Positions 43,632 through 53,961 of a DNA stretch of 64,000 bases are shown here, in pieces. This DNA comes from an uncultured Acidobacteriaceae bacterium (GTDB lineage Bacteria > Acidobacteriota > Terriglobia > Terriglobales > Acidobacteriaceae). Position numbers and translations under genes: made by a program. The stretch covers positions 14,828-78,827 of the forward strand of contig CAVZYE010000008.1 of assembly GCA_963779385.1 (NCBI GenBank). The letters are read 5' to 3'. Numbering within the stretch: position 1 is the stretch's first letter; each line of letters starts with the position of its first letter. Under the pieces are notes generated by a model. That model saw only the letters and a list, made by a program, of their open reading frames with translations, did not search any database and had not been told where the DNA came from.

Positions 43632-44570
43632 ATGAACAAATGCCTTCTTTTTATTGGTGTGGTCGCAGCTTTTCCCGTAATTCTCAATGCGCAGCAGTCG
43701 GGTTGGCCGCCGTCGGCCGACCATCTCACCCTGCCGATTTGGCTTGGCGCTGCGCCCGGTGCTGTTGCCAACCTGCCCCATGAGGCAGACACCACAACGG
43801 CAAAGAATAACCTCGTTGCTGGCAGGCCCGTGGTTCGCATTGGTAATGTTTCTACGCCGACACTCACGCTCTACACGCCCAAGGGAGTGAACACGGGTGC
43901 GGCTGTGGTGGTCTTTCCCGGAGGCGGTTACAACATTCTGGCCATCGACCTCGAAGGCACGGAGGTGTGCGACTGGCTGAATGCGATCGGCGTCAACTGC
44001 ATGGTGCTCAAATATCGCGTCCCGCACACAGGGACTGAACACGGTTCTGAGGCAGCATTCGAGGATGCACAGCGAGCGATCGGCGTAGTCCGCCGGCATG
44101 CTGCGGAGTGGAACATCGACCCCAATCGCATCGGCGTGCTGGGCTTCTCGGCGGGCGCGCATTTGGCCGCGTCTCTCAGTACCAATTTCGACAAGCGGGC
44201 CTACAATCCGATTGATGCCGCGGATGAGCTGAGTTGCCGTCCGGACTTTACGGCGTTGATCTATCCCGCCTACCTTGCCCTCGAAGACAAGGAATTCGCG
44301 CCCAATCCCGGGATCAAACCCACGGAAAAAACTCCGCCCACCTTCATCGTGCAGACTGAGGACGATCCGGTGCACGTGGAGAATGCGTTGGTCTACTACC
44401 GGGAACTGAAGGACGCCAAGGTTCCGGCCGAACTGCATATTTATGCGCAGGGCGGTCATGGTTACGGATTGCGCCGCACCGCGCTGCCGGTAACCAAATG
44501 GCCGGAGAGCCTGGATACCTGGCTGCATGCGATCAAGGTGCTGCCTTCCGCATCGCAAACGACGCCTTGA
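43632..44570 (+). CDS. Secreted alpha/beta-hydrolase (carbohydrate esterase-like)
   Basis: PGGGY, GFSAG nucleophile, DDPV, GGHGYG. Confidence 0.88.
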   Translation: MNKCLLFIGVVAAFPVILNAQQSGWPPSADHLTLPIWLGAAPGAVANLPHEADTTTAKNNLVAGRPVVRIGNVSTPTLTLYTPKGVNTGAAVVVFPGGGYNILAIDLEGTEVCDWLNAIGVNCMVLKYRVPHTGTEHGSEAAFEDAQRAIGVVRRHAAEWNIDPNRIGVLGFSAGAHLAASLSTNFDKRAYNPIDAADELSCRPDFTALIYPAYLALEDKEFAPNPGIKPTEKTPPTFIVQTEDDPVHVENALVYYRELKDAKVPAELHIYAQGGHGYGLRRTALPVTKWPESLDTWLHAIKVLPSASQTTP

Positions 44571-44630
44571 ATTGCGTTCTTCAGCCGGATCGGTCCGGGA
44601 GGGATTCACCGGCTTTTCTTAAGCAACACC

Positions 44631-46118
44631 ATGAGCCAGTATTCATTGAACCACGACCGCAGACAGTTCCTTGGTGAGCTTGCGAGCCTTGCCGGAGTTA
44701 CGATGCTCCCCGGCAGTTTGCGAGCCGCGGCCGGCGTGATGAAGAAGCCCAACATCGTCTTTTTTCTCATTGATGATTTGGGATGGGGCGATTTGGGTTG
44801 TTACGGAAATAAATTTCATGAAACGCCCAATATGGACCGGCTTGCGCGCGAGGGCATGAGGTTTACCAGCGCCTACGCGAGCGCGCCTGTGTGCTCGCCC
44901 AGCCGCGCATCGATCCTGACCGGAGTGTCTCCCGCCCGCCTGCATCTGACGCAGTGGATTCCCGGAGTGCTGTATCCGCACAAAAAACTTCTGGAGGCGC
45001 CCAGCGCGCTTCATCTTCCCTCCGGCGTAACAACCCTGGCGGAAGTTCTAAAGAAGGCTGGCTATCAAACCGCGGCCATCGGCAAGTGGCACCTTGGCGA
45101 TGAGGGCTATTTGCCGGAAAACTTCGGATTTGATTTGAACATTGCGGGAGATAATCACGGCAGTCCACCATCCTACTTCGGCCCTTTCAATTTTCATAAC
45201 CTGACCGGCTACACGCAAAAGGATTACCTTACCGACGTACTTAAGGAAAAGATGGACGCCTATGTTCAACAAGCGGCAAGCAAGGGGCCGTTCTTTCTGT
45301 ATATGGCCGAGTACGCGGTGCATATTCCTTTAGAAGCGAAGCTTGCCATGATTCAAAAGTACCGGAGGAAAAATGGCGGGAAGGACGAGCCCGATCCAGT
45401 ATATGCAGCGATGATTGAAAGCACCGACCTGGCGCTGGGAAGCCTGCGCCGCGTGCTGGCGCGCGCCGGCGTGGCGGACAATACCGTTATTTTTCTCACT
45501 TCAGACAACGGTGGAGTGGGATTTCAAGGACGCAGTTTGCACCGCATCGCCGATAACGGAGGCCTTCGCGCCGGCAAGGGGTTTCTCTTTGAAGGCGGCA
45601 TCCGCGAGCCTTTGATCGTGTATTGGCCGGGCGTGACACGACCCGGAGGCGTTTGCGATCTTCCCGTGATTGGGGCGGACTTTACGCCCACCATTGCGCA
45701 GTTGGTCGGCGCGGAGGCAGTGCCCGCACCCTGCGACGGCATCGACATAGGCGGGTTAATTCGCGGCGAGAAGACCCTCGCTCGCGACACGCTCTATTGG
45801 CATTACCCACACTATAGCGACCAGGGCGGCACTCCTTCCGGCGCCATTCGAGAGGGGGACTGGAAACTGATCGAGTTTTTTGAAGACGATCACGTTGAAC
45901 TGTACGATCTTGCGCTTGACCCGGGCGAGCAGTATAACTTCGCTTCGAGCTTTGCCCCCAAGGCGGAGGATCTGCGCGCAAAGCTGCACCGCTGGCGCGA
46001 AAGCGTACAGGCGGCAATGCCCCGTGCTAACCCTGAGAATAACCCGATCCTGGCAAACTTTCGCGTCGGTCCTGCCGGTTGCAGTTGGGAACCGTCCCCT
46101 GCGTGCCGGGAAGACTGA
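44631..46118 (+). CDS. Tat-exported sulfatase
   Basis: RRQFL; DDLG, CSPSRASILTG, GKWHLG, SDNGG, EGGIREP. Confidence 0.93.
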   Translation: MSQYSLNHDRRQFLGELASLAGVTMLPGSLRAAAGVMKKPNIVFFLIDDLGWGDLGCYGNKFHETPNMDRLAREGMRFTSAYASAPVCSPSRASILTGVSPARLHLTQWIPGVLYPHKKLLEAPSALHLPSGVTTLAEVLKKAGYQTAAIGKWHLGDEGYLPENFGFDLNIAGDNHGSPPSYFGPFNFHNLTGYTQKDYLTDVLKEKMDAYVQQAASKGPFFLYMAEYAVHIPLEAKLAMIQKYRRKNGGKDEPDPVYAAMIESTDLALGSLRRVLARAGVADNTVIFLTSDNGGVGFQGRSLHRIADNGGLRAGKGFLFEGGIREPLIVYWPGVTRPGGVCDLPVIGADFTPTIAQLVGAEAVPAPCDGIDIGGLIRGEKTLARDTLYWHYPHYSDQGGTPSGAIREGDWKLIEFFEDDHVELYDLALDPGEQYNFASSFAPKAEDLRAKLHRWRESVQAAMPRANPENNPILANFRVGPAGCSWEPSPACRED

Positions 46119-46347
46119 CCCGATTGAGTCAAAATGTTTGAGGATGATCCAGCCTGCAGCAGATGCCGATGGCGCTATCTGGGCGTCGCCTTATCCTTAC
46201 CGCTTTCAGGGAAACGCTTACCATTGGCAGGGAATTTCAGCTCATTTTACGCTGGATCAATGGTAAGTTGAAGCTGGATTTGTCCCGTAAAATGCAGTTA
46301 TCAGATTGTTTGCTTTGTTTCCGATAAAGGTTTTTTGTTAAGTAACA

Positions 46348-47478
46348 GTGGGAAAGCGTACAATCTCAGCCGTGAGTATCACGACGAACAAAGACCCCAA
46401 TCGGCGGCCGCGGGCCGTTAGCATCCGCGACGTAGCCAGGCGCGCCGGCGTTTCCATCGCCACCGTTTCGCGCGCGGTTAACCGGATTCCCACCGTCGAT
46501 ACCGAACTGGCCAAGCGTGTGTGGAAGGCTGTGGACGAGGTGGGCTACATGCCCAATACCCAGGCGCGCGCGTTGGTTTCTGGACGGAGCCGCATGCTGG
46601 GCCTTGTGGTTTCAGAGATTACCAATCCATTCTTTCCGGAGCTGGTGCAGGAATTTGAAAACCTGGCGGTGGGGCAGGGGTACGAAGTGATGATCGGCTC
46701 CACAAATTACGAATCGGCGCGCACCGAGTCGCTGATTCGCCGCATGCTGCAGCGTAATGTGGACGGTATCGCGGTAATGACCTTCGGCGTTGAAGAGGAC
46801 CTGGTGCAGAAACTGGTGGATCGTGAGTTCCCGCTGGTCTTCGTGGATGCCGGACCTCAACTTCCCAATCTCCGCGTACTCAAAGTGGACTATGGCGAAG
46901 GGATTCGCCAGGCGGTGCAGCACCTGGCCGCGCTGGGCCATCGCTCGATTGCATTCATCAGCGGGCCGCTGCGGTTGCGCTCTGCCGTCGCACGGCGCGA
47001 TGCCTACCTGAAGTCCATGGACGAGTTGGGTCTCATCGTTCCCGCCGAGCATTTGGTGGAGGGCGATCACACCATGGAGGGCGGCATGAGAGCGATGGAG
47101 CAGCTGATTGCATTAAGTGAGTTGCCCACGGCCGTCCTTTGCTCCAACGACATGACCGCCATCGGCGTGCTGCATGCGCTTTTCCGGACTGATTACAACG
47201 TGCCGCGGGATATTTCCGTTGTGGGTTACGACGACATCCACCTGGTGCAGTTCATGCTGCCGCCGCTCACCACGGTGCAGATGTCGTGCAAGGAGTTGGC
47301 CGCGGCCGCTGTGGAGGCGCTGCGCGCCGGGATCGAGAAAAACCACCCCATAGCTGGCAGAACCGAGTGGCTAATTGCTACACGGCTGGTGGTGCGCCAA
47401 TCCACGACCTTCCCACGCGGGACCCTGCCGGCGCTGGTGGCACAGAAGGCGGGCAAGCGGCGCGGTGCGGGCGCATAG
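46348..47478 (+). CDS. LacI-family transcriptional regulator
   Basis: SIRDVARRAGVSIATVSR, ND..AIG, GYDD, PPLTTV. Confidence 0.95.
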   Translation: MGKRTISAVSITTNKDPNRRPRAVSIRDVARRAGVSIATVSRAVNRIPTVDTELAKRVWKAVDEVGYMPNTQARALVSGRSRMLGLVVSEITNPFFPELVQEFENLAVGQGYEVMIGSTNYESARTESLIRRMLQRNVDGIAVMTFGVEEDLVQKLVDREFPLVFVDAGPQLPNLRVLKVDYGEGIRQAVQHLAALGHRSIAFISGPLRLRSAVARRDAYLKSMDELGLIVPAEHLVEGDHTMEGGMRAMEQLIALSELPTAVLCSNDMTAIGVLHALFRTDYNVPRDISVVGYDDIHLVQFMLPPLTTVQMSCKELAAAAVEALRAGIEKNHPIAGRTEWLIATRLVVRQSTTFPRGTLPALVAQKAGKRRGAGA

Positions 47479-47518
47479 GAATCAGCAGACTTGTTTGCTC
47501 ACCGAAACGCGGCGTTCG

Positions 47519-50029
47519 TCAAAAGGTTCTACCTATCGCGAATCGCACCTGAAACGGTTCGACGGGGTGAGCAACACGTGTGAATGCCGACGGGCCTATC
47601 GGAATTCCTCCTGGAGTTATTCCTGGAATTACTCGGGAAGCGTAGGCGTAGTCAATGTCGCTATCGCTGCGGTCAAGCAAATTCAGGAATTCGGCCGAAA
47701 CGCGCCATTTCTTCTTAATTTGATATCCGACCTCCCCATTGAGCAACGCCGTTGCATTTGACTCAAAAATTCCGTCAGACGACAAATCGCGCGGACCAAA
47801 GTAGCGCAAGCGCAAACTCGACGAAAAGCCATCGTAATCGTGCAGTGTGATGCCCGATGAAATCACCACCCTAAGCGCTTCGGGCACAAGCTTGCCCCCC
47901 GGGCTATTCGGCGCGGCATCATCTGGGTCGATTTCGGTAAACTGCGCTCTGGAGTCCGCAAGGTCAAAATCAAGAGCCAAATGTTCCATTGGCGTGTAGT
48001 AGTTCGCACATTCAACGCCATAGCGGTTGCTCGGCTGTGCTGAAGGAGACGTGCCTCCGGTGTCGCCATCCTGCTGCAGTTCGGAAGCACTGTGGAGATA
48101 CCAGAGCGAAAGGGTGCTTTGCAGATGTGGGACGGCCGTAGTGCGCACGCCGATTTCCCCGCCTTTGGTTGGGATCAGGGCGGGAATTCTTGAAGTGGGC
48201 GTATTGGGGTAAGGATTGTCCGCAGAAACCGGTTCCACCGTTTGCGTTGCGCCTCGCCCGTCGTTCGAGTGAAAACTGAATCCGCCCTGTAAATAGAACT
48301 CAGTATTGGACCACGGGCCGAAGATCAAGTTCAATTTTGGACTGGGCAGAAACTTGCTGGCTGTGTCGGTATTGGCCTTGGCCTCCGCGAGATCCGGAAC
48401 CAGGCTCGTGACGTCAAAGTAGTCCAGGTCGCCGCGAAAGGCAGCTACCGAGCGGAATTTTTCTGCCCACTGGATTTTATTTTCCGCATAAAAACTTGTT
48501 ACCGTGTCCGTAAAGCGATCCCGGTCCGTGGTCGCGGGCAAAGTGGGCGGAATAAGGTCACCGGTGTTGTAATCAGTTTTGTTCACGCGTACGCGATTTT
48601 CAGCTTGGTAAAGGCCGTTGTTGATCCAATCGTTGCGGAGCTGCAGGCCGAACGTATTTCCCACCTTACGGCCAAGCCATTGGCTGAAAATCGTGTGGTG
48701 CGCATCCAGCCCAGCCACCCAGCGCCTATCCTGCTGTTCGAACTGGTCGCCGTGAATGGGGTCCGTCAGGTAGTAAGTGAAATTAGAAAATAAATCGAGA
48801 TCATAATAAAATACGTAGGCCATGAGCTTCGACTCGGAATTTGTGACTTGGCGATGCCCCTCAGCCTGCAAGCTATAACGCTGTGAATGGCCGCCGTCAG
48901 TAGGGTCCAGCGTGCCGTATAAACCAACCAGGGGCACGGCGTTCACGGGGATTTGATCGCTCGAGTGCCATTTTCCGTGATAAGCGCGGGCCGTGACGCT
49001 GAAACCGTTGGCGTCATCGCCTTGGCTGTAGGTTAGCAGGCCGTTGATTTTGTTATAAGCATCCGGATGCACCCATGGGCCGTCATCGTAATACTCTTCT
49101 CCGCCGTACAGCAGGCTGCCCTTACCTAGCTGTTGCGATGCGCCGAAGACGGCCCGCCCATAGGTAAACATTCCACCTTCCACCTTGAAGAAATTCTGGG
49201 GCAGCGTCTTGAAAAATTCCACATGGGCCGACCCAGCCGAGCCATAGTTGCCAACATTCGCGTAATAAGGGCCCTTCTCGAAATTCACCCGCTTCACAAA
49301 CTCCGCGATGACGGTATTCATGTCCGAGTAGCCCTCGCCGTGCGCGTGCGACGGCAGGTTCAGCGGCATATCGTCGAGAAAAATGGCGAAATCCGTGCCG
49401 TGGTCGAGATTGAAACCGCGAAGATAATATTGGTTGGCCTTGCCGCCGCCGGCGTGCTGAGTGATGATGAGGCCGGGAACCGTCTCCAAAACCTCACCCG
49501 AACGAAGAATGGGGCGATCCTGGATTTCTTTTGCGCCCACCGTTCCCTGGGTGCTGGATTCGGCAATTCCGATGAGTTCATCCTCCCGGTCCTGCACGTT
49601 TATGGTGGTGCTCACGGAGCTCACTGCCAGAGAGATGCGCAGCGGAGCCGGCGCCTCAGTAGTCTCGATGGTGACGGGGATTTCTTTGGTTTCAAAACCG
49701 GGATTAGATACCACGAGTCGATATTTACCTGCCGCGAGTCCAGAAATAATAAAGGAGCCGTCCGTGTCGGACCGTGTCGTCCGTTGTACAGAACCGTTCG
49801 CGCTTCGAACCTGCACGGTAACCCCGGCAATCACTGCGCCAGACGCGTCAACGACAGTTCCCGATAGCTGAAGCGGATAAGCCTTATCACTCGTTGCTAC
49901 CGGCTTTCCCGCCGGATCGACAACCGTGCTGGTAATGCGGGGTGCTGCGGTTTGGGCGGCAACGAGGACGCCTGCGAAAGTGAATAATATGAGTATTACG
50001 AATATCACTTTCGTGCTACTGGTTTCCAT
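47519..50029 (-). CDS. TonB-dependent receptor, probably for Ni/Co
   Basis: Carboxypeptidase-regulatory-like domain; QHAGGGKANQY.LRGFNLDHGTDF, HAHG.GY; C-terminal HP.EP...F; follows nikR. Confidence 0.9.
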   Translation of the reverse strand: METSSTKVIFVILILFTFAGVLVAAQTAAPRITSTVVDPAGKPVATSDKAYPLQLSGTVVDASGAVIAGVTVQVRSANGSVQRTTRSDTDGSFIISGLAAGKYRLVVSNPGFETKEIPVTIETTEAPAPLRISLAVSSVSTTINVQDREDELIGIAESSTQGTVGAKEIQDRPILRSGEVLETVPGLIITQHAGGGKANQYYLRGFNLDHGTDFAIFLDDMPLNLPSHAHGEGYSDMNTVIAEFVKRVNFEKGPYYANVGNYGSAGSAHVEFFKTLPQNFFKVEGGMFTYGRAVFGASQQLGKGSLLYGGEEYYDDGPWVHPDAYNKINGLLTYSQGDDANGFSVTARAYHGKWHSSDQIPVNAVPLVGLYGTLDPTDGGHSQRYSLQAEGHRQVTNSESKLMAYVFYYDLDLFSNFTYYLTDPIHGDQFEQQDRRWVAGLDAHHTIFSQWLGRKVGNTFGLQLRNDWINNGLYQAENRVRVNKTDYNTGDLIPPTLPATTDRDRFTDTVTSFYAENKIQWAEKFRSVAAFRGDLDYFDVTSLVPDLAEAKANTDTASKFLPSPKLNLIFGPWSNTEFYLQGGFSFHSNDGRGATQTVEPVSADNPYPNTPTSRIPALIPTKGGEIGVRTTAVPHLQSTLSLWYLHSASELQQDGDTGGTSPSAQPSNRYGVECANYYTPMEHLALDFDLADSRAQFTEIDPDDAAPNSPGGKLVPEALRVVISSGITLHDYDGFSSSLRLRYFGPRDLSSDGIFESNATALLNGEVGYQIKKKWRVSAEFLNLLDRSDSDIDYAYASRVIPGITPGGIPIGPSAFTRVAHPVEPFQVRFAIGRTF
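49993..50019. promoter_or_regulatory. Putative NikR operator 2, within the first codons of the TBDR
   Basis: GTATTA-N15-TGCTAC; shares the 12-mer CTTTCGTGCTAC with operator 1. Confidence 0.65.
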
Positions 50030-50060
50030 GATTTTTCCTTTGTTCGTGGTTTTGTATACT

Positions 50061-50520
50061 TCAGTGTTTGTGGCTGTGATTATGGCCGTTTTCGTGAGGG
50101 TGCTCTATGGCATGTGCGGGAACGGTCATCACCAGGCGACCGTGCTGCACGCCCTTCAATCCAATGAGCAGGTCGGCAAAATGGGACACTCGGGCCGATT
50201 TGCCATGGACGATCAGCACTTCGAGGCAAGAGTCGTGATCCAAATGGGCGTGGCTGGTGGAGACAACTAGTTCGTGATGCGCATGCTGCGACTTCGGTGA
50301 GTTTTTCCGTGATGCCGTGGGCGTGATGATCGTAGATCAGGGTGACCGTGCCCACGACGGTTGAGTCAGGGGCAGCGGTCTGTTCGGTGACCAGGCGGTC
50401 GCGGATCAGGTCGCGAAAGGCCTCCGACCGGTTGGTATAGCCGCGATGGCTGATAGAGCGGTCAAACCGCTTGAGAAGGTCGGAATCAAGGGCAATGCCG
50501 ATTCTGCTCAAGAATCCCAT
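50061..50520 (-). CDS. nikR: Nickel-responsive regulator NikR with His-rich tail (frameshift near 50285)
   Basis: RIGIAL...LL..FD...GY.NRSEA.RDLIR, YDHH, H.HLDH..CLE. Confidence 0.93.
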
Positions 50521-50568
50521 ACATACTCCTTCAACTAAAAGTCCACTCTCCGGGGGGGAAAATTCATA

Positions 50569-50595
50569 GTAGCACGAAAGGGTTGATCTTGCTAC
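50569..50595. promoter_or_regulatory. Putative NikR operator 1 overlapping an extended -10 of nikR
   Basis: GTAGCA-N15-TGCTAC; minus-strand TGcTACTAT. Confidence 0.7.
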
Positions 50596-50669
50596 CGTGG
50601 CTCCGCACTTCGTGATGATTGGTAGATGTGGCAAGCATAGATTCAGTCTGAGTTTATCTGTCAGTTGAG

Positions 50670-51716
50670 CTAATTCAGGAACATTGTCCGGTAGAGCGTG
50701 TCGCGCTGGATGGGTTTGAACCCGGCGTCGCGGATGATTCTTCTAAGCTCTTCTTCAGTGGTGCAGTTGCTGGTGCCGGCGGCTCTGACTACATTTTCTT
50801 CGAGCATCACGGAGCCAACGTCGTTGCCGCCGAAGTGAAGGCCTAGCTCCAGGACTTTCAGTCCCTGCGTTACCCAACTGGCTTGCACGTTCTCAATGTT
50901 ATCGAGATAGAGGCGTGAGATGGCCAGCACTTTGAGGTACTCGACCGAGGTCGCTTCTTCCCAGCCGTGGCCGCCGAGGGCGGTGTTTTTGGGCTGGAAG
51001 GTCCAGGGGATGAAGGCGGTAAATCCGCCGGTCTCTTCCTGCAGACGGCGGACAACTTCAAAATGATTGATGCGCTGGTCGTAGGTTTCACCAACGCCGA
51101 ACATCATGGTGGCGGTGGTGCGCATGCCGAGCTGATGCGCAGTGCGATGGACGCTGACCCAGTCCTCGGTGTTGCATTTGATGCGGGCGATGCGATGGCG
51201 CACCTCGTCGTCGAGAATTTCCGCGCCGCCGCCGGGGATGGAATCGAGGCCGGCGTCGCGCAGGCGAATGATTGCGTCGCGGATGCTCAGATCGGAATAT
51301 TTGGCGATGGCCAGCACTTCAGAGGCGGTGAGGCAATGCAGCCAGATCTGCGGGAAGCGCTGTTTGATGCCGCTGAAGAGGCGCTCGAACCAGTCGATCT
51401 TGAGATCGGGATGGATGCCGCCCTGCATGAGCACGCCGGTGCCGCCCATTTCGAGAGTCTCGGCGATCTTCTCGTAGATTTTTTCGAAGTCGAGAATATA
51501 GCCTTCTTCAGAGCGCGGTCCCTTGAGCGGCCGGTAGAAGGCGCAGAAGGTGCAGTACTCGGTGCAGAAGTTGGTGTAGTTGATGTTGCGATCGATGATG
51601 TAGGTGACGACGCTTTCAGGGTGCAGGCGGCGGCGCACGGCGTCAGCCTCCATGCCGAGGCCGATCAGGTCAGGGGAGTGGAAAAAGTCGAGGGCCTGTT
51701 GGCGGGTCAGCGGCAT
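50670..51716 (-). CDS. mqnC: Cyclic dehypoxanthinyl futalosine synthase (radical SAM)
   Basis: RNINYTN.C...C.FCAF, PGGGAEIL, TATMMFG, FIPWTFQ, GSVMLEENVV. Confidence 0.92.
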   Translation of the reverse strand: MPLTRQQALDFFHSPDLIGLGMEADAVRRRLHPESVVTYIIDRNINYTNFCTEYCTFCAFYRPLKGPRSEEGYILDFEKIYEKIAETLEMGGTGVLMQGGIHPDLKIDWFERLFSGIKQRFPQIWLHCLTASEVLAIAKYSDLSIRDAIIRLRDAGLDSIPGGGAEILDDEVRHRIARIKCNTEDWVSVHRTAHQLGMRTTATMMFGVGETYDQRINHFEVVRRLQEETGGFTAFIPWTFQPKNTALGGHGWEEATSVEYLKVLAISRLYLDNIENVQASWVTQGLKVLELGLHFGGNDVGSVMLEENVVRAAGTSNCTTEEELRRIIRDAGFKPIQRDTLYRTMFLN

Positions 51717-51734
51717 GGTTTCGATTTTAACAAT

Positions 51735-51851
51735 TCAAGGCTTGCCGGGGGCCGGCTTGGGTGCGGGTTTCGGCTTCTTTGCCGGGCTGGAGACACCGAA
51801 GCTCAGGAGTAAGAAGCCGAATCCCTTGCGCAGCGTGTCGAGCAGGCTCAT
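51735..51851 (-). CDS. Small protein (38 aa), amphipathic N-terminus and Lys/Pro tail
   Basis: Manual: MSLLDTLRKGFGFLLLSFGVSSPAKKPKPAPKPAPGKP; GC-rich codons, purine-rich RBS, co-oriented with neighbours. Confidence 0.55.
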   Translation of the reverse strand: MSLLDTLRKGFGFLLLSFGVSSPAKKPKPAPKPAPGKP

Positions 51852-51884
51852 GGTTTGATACCCTTCCGGAATTCCTTGCGCGGT

Positions 51885-52466
51885 CTAATGCCTTTTCGCC
51901 GGGGCATTGACCATGGCTGGCTCAGGCGGCGCGGACGGCTGGGCGCGCAGGATCTCTACGGCTTCAGGAGGCAGCGGCTTGTCGGCATTGGCCAGCAGCA
52001 GGCTCACCTGCCACATCTCGGTATCGGTGAGCACGCTCTTAAAGCTCGGCATGCCGGTGAGGCGGATGCCGTTGGCGACCTTCCAATAGGTCTCGCCGGG
52101 CGGGTCGTCGGTCACGCCCATCATTGTTTCCGAGCCGTGATGGTGCATTTCCCATAGCGGAGGGGCATCGGGATACATGTGGGCGCCAAAGGTGGAGGGC
52201 TTGCCGTGCACACCATGGCAGACAGCGCAGTGATCGCGGTAGATTTCGGCGCCTGCCACCAAGCTGCTCTCATTGACCTGGATCGGCGGAGTCTTGATCA
52301 TTTCGCGATCGATGCGCCCGTTCAGTGGAACTTCTGTTAGCAGCCGCTCCTGGGGCAGCGGCGGATCGGTTACGGCGACCGGTACGCTGCCAAACCTGAG
52401 CCAGGCAAGCACGGCCACGGCTACAAGAATCACTCCGAGTAGAACTCCCAGCAAAATCCGAATCAT
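51885..52466 (-). CDS. Membrane-anchored monoheme cytochrome c
   Basis: CAVCHG; GIRLTGMPSF. Confidence 0.9.
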   Translation of the reverse strand: MIRILLGVLLGVILVAVAVLAWLRFGSVPVAVTDPPLPQERLLTEVPLNGRIDREMIKTPPIQVNESSLVAGAEIYRDHCAVCHGVHGKPSTFGAHMYPDAPPLWEMHHHGSETMMGVTDDPPGETYWKVANGIRLTGMPSFKSVLTDTEMWQVSLLLANADKPLPPEAVEILRAQPSAPPEPAMVNAPAKRH

Positions 52467-52657
52467 ATGATTGATGGCCTCCGTTGGTCTTCATCCTAGC
52501 ATTTTGCGGCTTCCTTGCAGAATAGAGGGATTGATTTCGTTATACGGTGAGACAAGGACAATTTTGCCTGGCAAATGCCGCACAGAATTGGGGTTCTGTC
52601 CAAGCTGCCTTTCTAGCGCGAGATAAACTAGGCGGGACGACCTAGGAGTGTCTCCTG

Positions 52658-52870
52658 TTGTTGAGCCATGGGCCGGGTAACTTCGTGCAGGCCACTTCGG
52701 GCATGGTCCTGTTTCAACTGGGTGATTTTGAAAAAGCAGTCTTGCAATTCCGCTATGGTGTACGGACTGCTCCAACCTCAGGCGAGGCAAGGCGCAATCT
52801 CGCACTTGCTCGGATCGGAAGAGAAATGAAGAGATTAAGCCGGCAGGGAAATGAAGAATGCGCGAAATGA
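52658..52870 (+). pseudogene. TPR fragment, probable remnant
   Basis: GMVLFQLGDFEKA...P...EARRNLA with no convincing start. Confidence 0.3.
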
Positions 52871-53060
52871 TTGCCTTGGTTATGTCACCTGCATGGAGTG
52901 GAATAAGTGAGCAAAGTTAGGTTGAAACAAAGAAGAAAGACCGCGGCAGAACAGGTAACTCAGGCAAGCAGACGTCTAGCCACGGAAAAGCTTCTCTCAA
53001 GCTTACGCCAACACGATGGTACGTTGAACGAATCTCAAAACAAAGGCAGGGATGAAGACC

Positions 53061-53812
53061 ATGGCAGATCACTCGAAGATGAGACTGGGCCGCAAGGCAA
53101 TCAGGACCGACTCTCGAACCCTCGCATTTGGCAAGTACCTTAAGCCGGAACTGCCTCCTCCTCCGCACACGGCCGATTGGACCAAGGGAATCACTGCGTG
53201 GGGGATGATGCTCAACGACACACTTAGCGACTGCACCATTGCCGCAGCTGCTCACGCAGTCCAGGTGTGGACGGCGAACACGGGCGGCATGGTCACGGTT
53301 CCAGACGCAACGGTCGAGAGCTACTACGAACAGTGGGATGGCTATGTGCCTGGCAATCCTCAAACGGATACGGGCGGCATTCAGCTGGACGTGCTGACCG
53401 ACTGGCGGAAGCAGGGCTTTGCCGGCAATGCGCTGATGGCCTTTGCCGACCCCAAGTTTGCCAGCCTGGTGGAGGTCCGCCAGTCGATTGCGCTCTTCGG
53501 CGGCGTCTATATTGGGCTGGCGCTGCCGATGACGGCGCAGACGCAGGATGTGTGGGATGTGGTAGCGAACAGGCGGCGCCAATGCCAAACCGAACAGTTG
53601 GGGCGGGCATTGCGTCTTTGTCCCCAAATATGACGAGAAAGGCTTTACCTGCATCACCTGGGGCCAGTTGAAGACCATGACCCTGGCCTTCTGGAAGAAG
53701 TACTGCGACGAGGCCCACACGCTGCTTGGCGAAGGATTGGCTGAGCGCCAAAGGCGCGCCCAACGGCTTTGACCATGCGCAGTTACAGGCCGACCTGAAG
53801 GTCATTGTGTGA
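53061..53812 (+). CDS. Papain-like (C1-type) cysteine peptidase-like protein (frameshifted)
   Basis: ND..SDCTIAA..H, WGGHCV, ITWG motifs across frames. Confidence 0.6.
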
Positions 53813-53961
53813 GGGTTTACAGGGCCTAATTGATCGTGGTGCGTCAAAACAGAGACGGCGGCCCGCAAGGCTCCCCCCTAAGGTGATTTAATACGTATGG
53901 GGGAGCGCTGCCTTGGAGTGGCGGTGTGCTTCCGTACTTAAGTGGAGGAAACCCGAAGCCG

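Noticed and set aside
50030-50660. Cobalamin or NiCo riboswitch upstream of the TonB receptor
   Set aside because: No B12-box or NiCo junction seen; the space is filled by nikR and operator-like sites.
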